Source: Oscillospiraceae bacterium
GTDB taxonomy: Bacteria > Bacillota > Clostridia > Oscillospirales > UBA929
Direction: 5' to 3'
DNA length: 64,000 nucleotides
NCBI GenBank assembly: GCA_009782385.1
Contig: WRJE01000002.1
Coordinates: forward strand, 2,663-66,662
Part shown: in pieces, positions 52,310 through 61,515 of the stretch
Numbering within the stretch: the stretch's first letter is position 1
Layout: every line of letters starts with the position of its first letter
The notes under the pieces: generated by a model
The model's input: the letters and a program-made list of their open reading frames with translations, nothing else
Told to the model about the DNA's origin: nothing
Databases searched by the model: none
Made by a program: the position numbers and the translations under genes

Positions 52310-52612
52310 ATGCTTAAAAGTTTTGGAAGAGGTCTTGGTTTGGGTGCCGGAATGGGCATCGGCAGTGAGTTAGCAAAAGGCTTAATGAATAAACAGAAAA
52401 CAGCACCCGCCGCGCAGAGTGCCGCCGTACCCGCGCAGAGCGTTGGCGCGGGAATCGCGTGTGTATGCGGCGTAATAAATGAAGAGAACCGAAAGTTTTG
52501 CAGTGAGTGCGGAGCGAAGTTAGAAGAAGCAAAAGCAAACGTCTGCGGGTGCGGAGCGGAAATAGAAACAGGTAAAAAGTTTTGCGGCGCGTGCGGTAAG
52601 CCTGTCGCGTAA
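52310..52612 (+). CDS. Small protein with a Gly-rich N-terminus and two zinc ribbons
   Basis: The N-terminus is GRGLGLGAGMGIG. The two modules are CVCGVINEENRKFCSECGAKL and CGCGAEIETGKKFCGACGKPV. Confidence 0.7.
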   Translation: MLKSFGRGLGLGAGMGIGSELAKGLMNKQKTAPAAQSAAVPAQSVGAGIACVCGVINEENRKFCSECGAKLEEAKANVCGCGAEIETGKKFCGACGKPVA

Positions 52613-52635
52613 TGCTTTTAAGGGAGAAAGCGAAT

Positions 52636-53967
52636 ATGATAAGAAGATTTGCCGCCATTATTTTGGTATTGGCGTTGGCGTTGAGTTTTGCGGCGTGTAA
52701 TCGTATTGATGACACGGTTAAGGACGCGCTTTCCGGCGAGGGCGGGACGGCTTTAAGCGATACGCCGAATGAAACATCCAACACAACGCCCGATGTTGAC
52801 CCCGTTGATACCGATAAAGATATTATTCCCTCTATCCAATGGCTGCTGGACGGCACATACAGCTTCGACTTCACAAGGATAATTGAAGCGTCCGGCTTGT
52901 GGGTTGATAACAACGGCAGCTTGGCGGCGGACGGCGGGAATGTCGCCATAAGCGGCAAAACACAAGTTGAAGGTATAGTTACCGATGTACGGGTCATTTA
53001 CAAAGACGGCAAGTCATATTCGGTTGACGATGAACACAAAATCGTCATGGAATCATCGGACGGAAGCGATTTGATGGCATACATAATAACCGACTACAGC
53101 GGCATGGTAAAAACCGGAGAAGGTACGGGTGAATTTAACGGGATAACTTTACCTTATGAGGAATATTCCGGCGGCTATGCGGGTATAACCGCGCGATTTT
53201 ACCTTGATAACGGCGTTGTCTGCGGTATCGAAAACGATGGAAACGAACTCCTGCTGAGCGTAAGAAACATAACGAACAATATTCCCGCCGGGACATTCGA
53301 TTGGCCGGCGGATTATGCGATGGTAGACGACTTTGATTATTGGGAACTTTACGGCCCCGGCGGAAATACGTCTTGTGCGGTCGGTGATGTCATTCAGTTT
53401 GGCGGGTACGACTGGCGGGTGCTTGACGTGCGGGACGGCAAGGTGCTACTTTTAAGCGATAAAGTCTTGGAACTAAAGCAACTTCATCACGAGCGCAACG
53501 CAGTTATAACTTGGGCTAACAGCGATATTCGGCAGTATTTGAACGGAGAGTTTTACAATAGCATACCTACGAGCGAGAGCGCGAAAATAGCCGAAATAAC
53601 AATCGTGAACAACGACAATCCTTGGTATGGGACGAGCGGTGGCAGCGACACAAGTGACAAAATTTTCCTGTTAAGCCTTGATGAAGTCGTGGGATACTTT
53701 GGAGACAGCGGGAAGTTAACGCCGAGTAGACCTGCGGGTACGACCGGCATAAGCGACGAATATAACTCCGCGCGCGCTGCCGCGGATATAGGCGGCGACG
53801 CTCGCCCTTGGTGGCTTCGGTCGCCCGCCCAAGTCCAATCCAATGGCTGGACGACTTTCACCTACGTCGAACGAACTGGCGTTATCAATGTGAGCGGTAT
53901 CGGCAATTCTATTAACTCGCTTGGCGGTGTGCGCCCCGCTTTGTGGCTGAATTTGGAGGATTACTAA
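52636..53967 (+). CDS. Lipoprotein, leader family member 2 (domain A plus DUF6273-like domain)
   Basis: The leader reads MIRRFAAIILVLALALSFAAC. The C-terminal domain has GDVIQFGGYDWRVLDV, KIFLLSLDEV, WWLRSP and GVRPALWLNL. Confidence 0.75.
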   Translation: MIRRFAAIILVLALALSFAACNRIDDTVKDALSGEGGTALSDTPNETSNTTPDVDPVDTDKDIIPSIQWLLDGTYSFDFTRIIEASGLWVDNNGSLAADGGNVAISGKTQVEGIVTDVRVIYKDGKSYSVDDEHKIVMESSDGSDLMAYIITDYSGMVKTGEGTGEFNGITLPYEEYSGGYAGITARFYLDNGVVCGIENDGNELLLSVRNITNNIPAGTFDWPADYAMVDDFDYWELYGPGGNTSCAVGDVIQFGGYDWRVLDVRDGKVLLLSDKVLELKQLHHERNAVITWANSDIRQYLNGEFYNSIPTSESAKIAEITIVNNDNPWYGTSGGSDTSDKIFLLSLDEVVGYFGDSGKLTPSRPAGTTGISDEYNSARAAADIGGDARPWWLRSPAQVQSNGWTTFTYVERTGVINVSGIGNSINSLGGVRPALWLNLEDY

Positions 53968-54717
53968 ATGATAAAAAGATTTACGGCAATTATTTTGGCG
54001 GTGCTGGTGTTGGGTTTATCGGCGTGTAACAGTATTGAGGACGCAGTCAAGGACGCGGTTTCAGACAGCGGCTTGCAGACGGATAACCCGCAAGCAAGCG
54101 AGCCGCCAAGCGAAACGCCTAACCCCGGGACAGGCTTTGCAGCGGTAGGCAATGTCATACAATTTGCCGGGTACGATTGGCGGGTACTTGACGTACAGGA
54201 TGGCAAGGCTCTGATTTTGAGCGATAAGGTTTTGGAACAAAGGAAGTTTCACACCGAAAATAACGCAGACCTGACATGGGCGGACAGCAGTATCCGTCAG
54301 TATTTGAACGGCGAGTTTTTTGACAGCTTACCCGCAGACGAAAGAATCAAAATCACCGAAACAAGAGTGGAGAATAACGACAACCTGCGGTACGAAACAA
54401 GCGGCGGCAGCGATACAAACGATAAAATATTCCTGTTAAGCCTTGAGGAGGTTGTGCGGTACTTCGGCGACAGCGGGCAGTGGGAAAACAGCCCCGAAAG
54501 CGCGTCCACCATAAACGATGAATATAATTCAGCGCGTACTGCCGCGACATTAACCAACAGCCAAAGTGCTTGGTGGCTTCGGACACCGGGTCAAAGAATG
54601 TCAAACAGAATGAGTTTCGTCCATATCCCCGTTGACGGTACTATCATCGTTGGCGGCTATTCAACAGGGAACGTTATAGGCGTTCGCCCCGCTCTGTGGT
54701 TGGATTTGGAGGATTAA
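53968..54717 (+). CDS. Lipoprotein, leader family member 3 (DUF6273-like domain only)
   Basis: The leader reads MIKRFTAIILAVLVLGLSAC. The domain has GNVIQFAGYDWRVLDV, KIFLLSLEEV, WWLRTP and GVRPALWLDL. The start directly follows the previous stop. Confidence 0.75.
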   Translation: MIKRFTAIILAVLVLGLSACNSIEDAVKDAVSDSGLQTDNPQASEPPSETPNPGTGFAAVGNVIQFAGYDWRVLDVQDGKALILSDKVLEQRKFHTENNADLTWADSSIRQYLNGEFFDSLPADERIKITETRVENNDNLRYETSGGSDTNDKIFLLSLEEVVRYFGDSGQWENSPESASTINDEYNSARTAATLTNSQSAWWLRTPGQRMSNRMSFVHIPVDGTIIVGGYSTGNVIGVRPALWLDLED

Positions 54718-54720
54718 TAA

Positions 54721-55569
54721 ATGATAAAAAGATTTGCGGCAATTATTTTGGCGGCGGTACTATTACTGAGCGTAACGGCGTGTAATCGTATTGAGAACGC
54801 GGTCAAGGACGCGATTGGCGATAGCGGCACAACCTCACGCGCAACGAACACGCCAAGTGGCGGAAACAACGGCGCAAGTACGCCGGGCGGCGGCGCAGGG
54901 GAAAACCTGTCATCTACGGGAGGGAGTACCACAAACGATGGTAATATGTCGTCCTTTGACGATTCAAGATACCGCTTTTGGGATGTCTTTGACGAAGTTC
55001 GGGATAAGGTGTACGCCGCTCTGGACGACCCCGACAATAACGTGGAAGAAAGTTATTATTACAGCATATTATTAACGTCTTTCTCGTCAATGAATTTGAT
55101 GTTTATTCCCATTTACTATATTGATAACGATGAATATTTTGAAAACGGGGGGAAAGACGGCTGGACAAACATAGAGAGGGAGCAAAAAGGGAATTTGCGT
55201 ACCGTCAGTTTTATAAAGCCGGATAGCAGCGGGACAAACGCATATACAGCAGAATATGACGGCACTTTGGATTCCCTGAAAATCACCTTTACGTTCAATG
55301 ATTTCAATATGTTTTGGGAATATGTACGGGTTGGCGACAGCTATGTGTCACAAATGTATCAGGGTTCACCGGAAAGCGAACGGGGAGTAGTTTATAAGGT
55401 GTTTTTCGATGAACAGAATATTACATTCATGAATGCTTCTGACTCCCCAATGCCCGCATCCATATATCAAAATAAAGGGCTATCAAGTTCATTCGTGCAA
55501 GTACCGACAACAATGTTCAGTACATATATTTCTTATATGAACGGGACATTGGAAATAACGAGCAATTAA
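54721..55569 (+). CDS. Lipoprotein, leader family member 4 (unrelated C-terminal domain)
   Basis: The leader reads MIKRFAAIILAAVLLLSVTAC. A Gly/Ser/Thr linker is followed by about 200 aa with no recognised motif. Confidence 0.7.
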   Translation: MIKRFAAIILAAVLLLSVTACNRIENAVKDAIGDSGTTSRATNTPSGGNNGASTPGGGAGENLSSTGGSTTNDGNMSSFDDSRYRFWDVFDEVRDKVYAALDDPDNNVEESYYYSILLTSFSSMNLMFIPIYYIDNDEYFENGGKDGWTNIEREQKGNLRTVSFIKPDSSGTNAYTAEYDGTLDSLKITFTFNDFNMFWEYVRVGDSYVSQMYQGSPESERGVVYKVFFDEQNITFMNASDSPMPASIYQNKGLSSSFVQVPTTMFSTYISYMNGTLEITSN

Positions 55570-55612
55570 CTAACCTTGTTAAAATGGAGTGTACCCATCC
55601 TTAAAACATAAA

Positions 55613-55652
55613 AATCGGGGTTGTCATAGGCTGACTTCCCCGATTTTCTTTT
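55613..55652 (+). terminator. Rho-independent terminator closing the cluster
   Basis: The sequence is AATCGGGGttgtcataggctgacttCCCCGATTTTCTTTT. Confidence 0.65.
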
Positions 55653-55702
55653 ACGCTTTGCCGCTTCCGCTTTCGTTGGCTCGGCGGCTTTCCGATTGGG
55701 AA

Positions 55703-56746
55703 TCACATTTGTTTTGTCGTTTCTCTGTTAATCAACTCCGGCAGAGTTGTGTATGTTTGTACTTGCAATGTCGGGTTTTTAATTTTTCGCATCAGCGACT
55801 TAACCGATTGTACGCCAAGGTCATATAAATCAATATTTACAACTGTTGGCGTTGGAGTAATAATCTGAGAATAAGGATAATCGTCAATCATGATAACTCC
55901 CATATCCGATGGTACGGATATTTTTTTATCTTCCAACACTTTGCACACGCCGACAGCGATAAGATTGCTTCCGCATACAATAGCGTCAGGGAGATTTTTC
56001 ATGTTTAACAGTGCAATCACAGCTTTATTAATCTCATTAATATCGTGATTTGTTCGGAATAAACACTGCTCGTCAATTTCTGTGCCGCGACTATTTAGAA
56101 ATGATTGCATACCGCGAAGATGACTTGAGGCCATAACATCTTCTTCTCTTCCGCAAATACACGAAATTCGGCTGTATCCGTATTGGAAAAGATGCTGTGC
56201 GGCTATTTCGCCTACCAAAACATGGTTGACATCTATCCAACTTACTCTGTGTTCAAAATCAGGTTTTCCGATAACTATATGAGGGAACTCTTTCTTCACG
56301 AAAAAATCGGCGGTGCTTATGTTTAACGGTTCGCCCTGTATAATGATACCGTCCGAGCTTTTTTGCAAAATAATTTTCTTCGCTTTTTCGCCGTCTCTCT
56401 CTTCATGGCTTATATCAACTAAAGTGAGAGTGTAGCCAATGCGCTCCAGTTCATTTTGTGCGCCGCAAATGATTTCAAACATATGCGGGTTACCGTAAAC
56501 CTTTCCTTTATGTAACCTTGCGAGAAACGCGATGTTTTTTGAGGAAGCGCGTGACAAATTAGCCGCAAGCTGGTTTGGCACATACTCCAAACGCTTCATA
56601 ACCGCGTGAACATTATTTATTGTCGTCTGCGATATCGTAGGCGACTTATTTATTACCTTGCTGACTGTAGCCGTAGACACCCCTGCTTCCCGTGCGACAT
56701 CTTTTATCGTAACCGCCAATTTCAGACCACCTCGCTTAAATGCCAT
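55703..56746 (-). CDS. LacI family transcriptional regulator
   Basis: The HTH reads TIKDVAREAGVSTATVSKVIN, followed by a periplasmic-binding-fold body. The true start may be TTG at 56719, which has GAGGTGG upstream. Confidence 0.85.
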   Translation of the reverse strand: MAFKRGGLKLAVTIKDVAREAGVSTATVSKVINKSPTISQTTINNVHAVMKRLEYVPNQLAANLSRASSKNIAFLARLHKGKVYGNPHMFEIICGAQNELERIGYTLTLVDISHEERDGEKAKKIILQKSSDGIIIQGEPLNISTADFFVKKEFPHIVIGKPDFEHRVSWIDVNHVLVGEIAAQHLFQYGYSRISCICGREEDVMASSHLRGMQSFLNSRGTEIDEQCLFRTNHDINEINKAVIALLNMKNLPDAIVCGSNLIAVGVCKVLEDKKISVPSDMGVIMIDDYPYSQIITPTPTVVNIDLYDLGVQSVKSLMRKIKNPTLQVQTYTTLPELINRETTKQM

Positions 56747-56803
56747 TGTGTTTTTTTATTATAGCATAAAACGGAAAGCAAGTAAAGGCGGTTTACTGCA
56801 AAA

Positions 56804-56817
56804 TAAGTTAACCGATT
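56804..56817. promoter_or_regulatory. 14-nt word TAAGTTAACCGATT, copy 1 (candidate operator)
   Basis: It is identical to 56924-56937 and lies 36 nt upstream of the -35 box. Confidence 0.4.
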
Positions 56818-56852
56818 ACCTAAATAATTATTATCAAATTCCATATTATATA

Positions 56853-56881
56853 TTGACAAGACAATGCAATAGTGGTATTAT
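56853..56881 (+). promoter_or_regulatory. Sigma-A-type promoter TTGACA-N17-TATTAT for the maltodextrin operon
   Basis: The sequence is TTGACAagacaatgcaatagtggTATTAT. Confidence 0.55.
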
Positions 56882-56923
56882 AAAAACATAGCCATAAAAA
56901 TAACACTTCATTCTAAGTTAACC

Positions 56924-56937
56924 GATTTCTCATTTGA
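56924..56937. promoter_or_regulatory. 14-nt word TAAGTTAACCGATT, copy 2 (candidate operator in the leader)
   Basis: It is identical to copy 1 and lies 43 nt downstream of the -10 box. Confidence 0.4.
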
Positions 56938-56994
56938 TATGTTATATGTCGGGCATACGGGAAATTTATGATTAGAGATTCGGAGGCGCGTATA

Positions 56995-58764
56995 ATGAAT
57001 ATTGCCGCGTTATATCATCGGTCGGACAGTGAGTTTGCTTATTTATACTCACCGGATAAATTTCATATTAGGCTCAGAACCGCTAAAGATGATATACGCG
57101 AAGTATCGCTTGTTAATGGCGACCCTTATAGGCTATGGGGAGAGTGGCATATAGATTTATTTAACGAAAAGCTACCTATGAAAATTATAGCAAGTACAGA
57201 CGCAAACGATTATTGGATGGTTGAAATGAGTGCGAAGCATAAACGCTTACACTATTCGTTCCTAATAGTCGGGAACGATGGGAAAGAAATGTTTTTCTGT
57301 GAAAAAGGGGTATATCCTGTAAGAAAACCGTACATTTCAAACCACAATTATTACTTTCGTTTTCCGTATTTGCATGAGATAGATATGATAAAAACACCCG
57401 ATTGGGTTAGAAATACAGTTTGGTATCAGATTTTTCCGGAGAGATACCGGAACGGTGATGTGAGCAACGACCCCGTTGGCACGCTTGTCTGGAACAGCAA
57501 AGAGCCGAAATTAAATGATTTCTTTGGCGGTGATTTACAAGGCATAATCGACAAGCTAGGTCATATTAAGAGTCTGGGTTTCAACGGTATATACCTGTGT
57601 CCGATTTTCAAATCGCCGTCTAACCACAAGTATGATACGACCGATTATTTCGAGATCGACCCCGCGTTTGGGACAAAAGAGACGTTGAAAAAACTGGTAA
57701 ACGAATGTCATAAACATGGAATTAAGGTGATGTTGGACGCTGTGTTCAACCATATTGGGGACAGCTCTGAACAGTGGCGGGATATAGTGAAAAACGGAAC
57801 TGCGTCAAAGTACGCATCATGGTTTCACATTAAAGAGTTTCCGGTTTCATACGCCGAAACTGACATTGTCGGTGTGGCAGATCTTACATATGATTCCTTC
57901 GCTTTTACACACCATATGCCTAAATTGAACACCGCAAACCCCGAAGTTCAGGAATATCTGCTTAGTGTTGCCAGATTTTGGATTGAAGAATGTGAAATAG
58001 ATGCTTGGCGGCTTGATGTGGCAAACGAAGTCGATCATCACTTTTGGAAAAGATTCCGCAAAGAGATAACGGACTTAAAGAATGAAATATTTATTCTCGG
58101 TGAGATATGGCAATCTCCACAGTCGTGGCTCCGAGGCGACGAGATTCACGCGGTGATGAACTATTCGTTAACAGAAGCTATTCTGGAATATTTCATACGC
58201 GGAAATATCAGCGCAAGTGAAATGATAACAACTATGAACCGGCAGTTTATGCTATACGCCCAACAAACCAATGAAGTGATGCTAAACTTGCTGGACTCTC
58301 ATGATACGCCAAGGTTGATGACTGTCGCAAACGGCAATGGGGAACTGGTAAAATCAGTATTGGCTTTTATGTTTTTGCAAACTGGCTCTCCTTGCATTTA
58401 TTACGGTACGGAAATTGGTATGTTCGGGGGCGAGGAGCCGGGATGCCGCGGATGTATGGAATGGGATGAAAACAAATGGGATAAAGATATGTACTCGTTT
58501 ATTGCCTCATTAGTCGCGTTCAGACGGAAATATTCGGATATTATCTCGTTTTCTAACACAAAATGGGAAACAGACGATGAGCGGAATATCATAAAACTGG
58601 AAAAGGAGCATAACGGCAGTATTCTGGTTGGCATTTTTAACAACGGAACGGCTGATTTGAAAATCGCATTTGAAACACCGTTATTATCATCGGAAACCCG
58701 TATAGAGAAGAACAATACCGTAATCGGTGCCGGTGGTTTTTATATCGGAATAAATAATTTTTAG
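56995..58764 (+). CDS. GH13 alpha-glucosidase of the neopullulanase / cyclomaltodextrinase / maltogenic amylase type
   Basis: The start is MNIAALYHR after GGAGG. GH13 regions are DAVFNHIG, AWRLDVANEV, GEIW and LLDSHD. Confidence 0.85.
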   Translation: MNIAALYHRSDSEFAYLYSPDKFHIRLRTAKDDIREVSLVNGDPYRLWGEWHIDLFNEKLPMKIIASTDANDYWMVEMSAKHKRLHYSFLIVGNDGKEMFFCEKGVYPVRKPYISNHNYYFRFPYLHEIDMIKTPDWVRNTVWYQIFPERYRNGDVSNDPVGTLVWNSKEPKLNDFFGGDLQGIIDKLGHIKSLGFNGIYLCPIFKSPSNHKYDTTDYFEIDPAFGTKETLKKLVNECHKHGIKVMLDAVFNHIGDSSEQWRDIVKNGTASKYASWFHIKEFPVSYAETDIVGVADLTYDSFAFTHHMPKLNTANPEVQEYLLSVARFWIEECEIDAWRLDVANEVDHHFWKRFRKEITDLKNEIFILGEIWQSPQSWLRGDEIHAVMNYSLTEAILEYFIRGNISASEMITTMNRQFMLYAQQTNEVMLNLLDSHDTPRLMTVANGNGELVKSVLAFMFLQTGSPCIYYGTEIGMFGGEEPGCRGCMEWDENKWDKDMYSFIASLVAFRRKYSDIISFSNTKWETDDERNIIKLEKEHNGSILVGIFNNGTADLKIAFETPLLSSETRIEKNNTVIGAGGFYIGINNF

Positions 58765-58776
58765 GAGGAAAACAAC

Positions 58777-60087
58777 GTGAAAAAGCTAGTCGTACTGTTT
58801 CTAATCGCCGCATTATTGCTCTCGCTCGCAGCCTGCGGAAACGAAACCGCGCCGCCACCGAGCGGAATAAATACTCCCACACCCACGTCTACAACCAACG
58901 ATTCCTCCGCTGCTAGCGGAACAGAGGATCAACCCGATGTCGAAATCAGTGGGGATCTGTATGTCTGGATTGGCTTTGAACCTTTGGCCGAAGCGATAAT
59001 CGAGGGGTTTAACAATATATACCCTAACGTTAACGTTCGGTACGACATTGTCGGTTTGGATGTCGATGCTAAACTCGCACTTGACGGTCCCAGCGGAGTC
59101 GGCCCCGATGTGTTTTCCGTAGGTCATACAGCTATCAGTCTTTTAGTTGCCGATGGACTTGCAGAGCCTTTCCCCGCCTCTTTACAAGATATGGTTAAGG
59201 ATGTTATGATTGACTCAACAGTCTCCACCGGAACAGTCAACGGAACAGTTTACGGAGTACCTTACTCGGTAGAACCCGTGATTCTACTTTATAACAAAGA
59301 TTTGATTGACGCGCCGCCCGCAACCATGGAAGAAATCATCGAGACTGCGAAAACCTACAACGATCCTGCCGCCGGAAAATATTTTATGCGTTGGGCTCTT
59401 GACGGTTACCACAATTATATATTCCCATCCGCTTTCGGCTTCAAAGTTTTTGGTCCAAACGGAGACGATTGGAAGAATCCGGGTCTTGACAGTCCTGAAA
59501 TGGCTAAGGGGCTTGCGTATTATGCCTCTATGAGATCTGTCTTTGATGTGAATTACGGGGATGCCGATTGGAATACTACTATTGCCGCGTTTCACCGGGG
59601 CGAGACTCCGCTTTGCATCAGCGGACCTTGGGGAATCGCAGGTTGTAAAGATGCCGGCTTAAACTTCGGCACTTCCAAGATTCCGACAATCAATGGCGTT
59701 CAGCCCAACTCTTTATCCGGCATAATGCTGGCTGCGGTTTCCAGCTACGCCAAGAACTTTGATGCCGCGTTCGCGTTTGTCGAGTATATGGCATCGGTCG
59801 AGGTCGCTAATATGATATACGGCGTTTACGGTTCAGTCCCTGCCTTAAAAGACCTCACCGGCGTTAAAGGTATTGCGGAAGACGAATGGATTGTGGGCAT
59901 GGCGGATCAGGCTCAGTATACCGATGCGGCACCCACAATCCCCGAAGTTAAATACCTTTGGGAGCCTTGGGGAGAAATGAGTACATTCGTTTGGGACGGT
60001 GTGCTTTCTATTGAAGAAGCTCAAGATAGAGCCATGGAGATGTATGAAATCCTGTTAAACGCCGGGGGATTATCTAGGTTCGATTGA
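58777..60087 (+). CDS. ABC transporter sugar-binding lipoprotein (maltodextrin-binding type)
   Basis: It has a GTG start after TAGGAGG and the lipobox LLSLAAC. The body is a family-1 substrate-binding protein. Confidence 0.8.
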   Translation: MKKLVVLFLIAALLLSLAACGNETAPPPSGINTPTPTSTTNDSSAASGTEDQPDVEISGDLYVWIGFEPLAEAIIEGFNNIYPNVNVRYDIVGLDVDAKLALDGPSGVGPDVFSVGHTAISLLVADGLAEPFPASLQDMVKDVMIDSTVSTGTVNGTVYGVPYSVEPVILLYNKDLIDAPPATMEEIIETAKTYNDPAAGKYFMRWALDGYHNYIFPSAFGFKVFGPNGDDWKNPGLDSPEMAKGLAYYASMRSVFDVNYGDADWNTTIAAFHRGETPLCISGPWGIAGCKDAGLNFGTSKIPTINGVQPNSLSGIMLAAVSSYAKNFDAAFAFVEYMASVEVANMIYGVYGSVPALKDLTGVKGIAEDEWIVGMADQAQYTDAAPTIPEVKYLWEPWGEMSTFVWDGVLSIEEAQDRAMEMYEILLNAGGLSRFD

Positions 60088-60183
60088 TAAACATATGGCT
60101 GTGTCTATTCGGGTAAAATAACTCCGTACAGATACAGCCTGCTTTCATTTTTAGCGGAAAAGCCTAAAGAATGGAATGATAAT

Positions 60184-61512
60184 ATGAAAATCATTTGCGC
60201 GTTATGCTCCGCTGTAATATGGGGCGGCGGTCAGGTTATAAACAAGCAGCGATTAAAGGGTTTGGTATTCTTTTTAATACAAGGAGTCCTTGTATTTGTC
60301 GAACTTTCAACCGGAACATTAGACGTGCTGACCGGCAAGGTTGAGGCGACTTTCCGTAATTGCGGTTATTTTACCAAGGGGTTATGGGGGCTTGTCACCT
60401 TAGGTGAAATACCAAGAGCGAGTTCCTCCACATTAGTTTACGACCACTCCGTTATGCTTATGATTACCGGTATTATTTCCACAGTCATACTGCTGTTCTT
60501 TGTTCTTATATGGATTTGGAATATTAAGGATGCTTACCTTACCAGAACACAAATTGAACAAGGGAAAAAAGTAAGCAGTGTTGATTATGTTAAAAACTTG
60601 TGGAATAAATCATTTGAATACATTATGATTACACCGGGTGCAATCCTCGTGTTGTTTATCTCTGTAATACCGGTTATGTTTTCCATGCTCGTTGCGTTTA
60701 CGAATTATAACCACAACGCGATTCCGCCAAGATACATTGTAGACTGGGTTGGGTTTAAGAGCTTTACCGATCTTGTGATGATACCGATTTGGGGGTCAAC
60801 CTTTGTCAAGGTTCTAATTTGGACTGTTTCGTGGGCTTTTATCGCCACGTTTACAGCTTATGGCTTTGGGCTTTTACAAGCGGTCTTAATAAACGCAGAA
60901 GGTATTCGCTTCAAGAAAGCGTGGCGAAGCATTCTTATTTTGCCGTGGGCTATGCCGGCATTGGTTTCTCTGCTTGTTTTCAGGGTTCTGTTTAAAAATA
61001 CGGGTGCTTTTAACAATATGCTTCTGCGCGCGGGTATCATAAATGATGCCATTCCGTTTTTAAGCAGTACGGGTTGGGCCAGAACGTCTATTGTACTTGT
61101 TAATATGTGGTTGAGTTTTCCGTTTTTTATGGCTTTAATATCAGCGGCAATGACTTCGATTTCTCCCGAGCTGCATGAAGCCGTTGAGATTGACGGCGGC
61201 AATGGCTGGCATAAGTTCAGATACATCTCATTACCCACAATACTGACGGTCACCGCGCCGATGATTGTCATGAGCGTTGCCAATAATTTTAACAACTTCG
61301 GCGCGGTGTACTTCCTTACCGGGGGTAAGCCGCTAGATCCCGGTTTGCAAATGGCGGGAACAACCGATATACTGATTACATGGATTTTCAAACTCACCCT
61401 CGACTATCGAATGTACAACATCGCAGCCGCTGTTTCCATTCTGATTTTTATTTTGATCGCTACCGTTAGCGGGATTAACATGATGAGGACGCGATCATTT
61501 AAGGAGGACTAA
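60184..61512 (+). CDS. ABC sugar transporter permease (MalF-like)
   Basis: It is polytopic, with an EAA-loop-like EAVEIDGGNGWHKFRYISLP. Confidence 0.8.
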   Translation: MKIICALCSAVIWGGGQVINKQRLKGLVFFLIQGVLVFVELSTGTLDVLTGKVEATFRNCGYFTKGLWGLVTLGEIPRASSSTLVYDHSVMLMITGIISTVILLFFVLIWIWNIKDAYLTRTQIEQGKKVSSVDYVKNLWNKSFEYIMITPGAILVLFISVIPVMFSMLVAFTNYNHNAIPPRYIVDWVGFKSFTDLVMIPIWGSTFVKVLIWTVSWAFIATFTAYGFGLLQAVLINAEGIRFKKAWRSILILPWAMPALVSLLVFRVLFKNTGAFNNMLLRAGIINDAIPFLSSTGWARTSIVLVNMWLSFPFFMALISAAMTSISPELHEAVEIDGGNGWHKFRYISLPTILTVTAPMIVMSVANNFNNFGAVYFLTGGKPLDPGLQMAGTTDILITWIFKLTLDYRMYNIAAAVSILIFILIATVSGINMMRTRSFKED

Positions 61513-61515
61513 GGA

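Noticed and set aside
48424-52612. Possibility that the recurring 60-75-nt zinc-ribbon units and GC hairpins form a CRISPR-like array
   Set aside because: The repeats are in-frame coding modules with variable sequence and irregular spacing (from 0.1 to 1.2 kb). There are no uniform spacers and no cas genes in the window.
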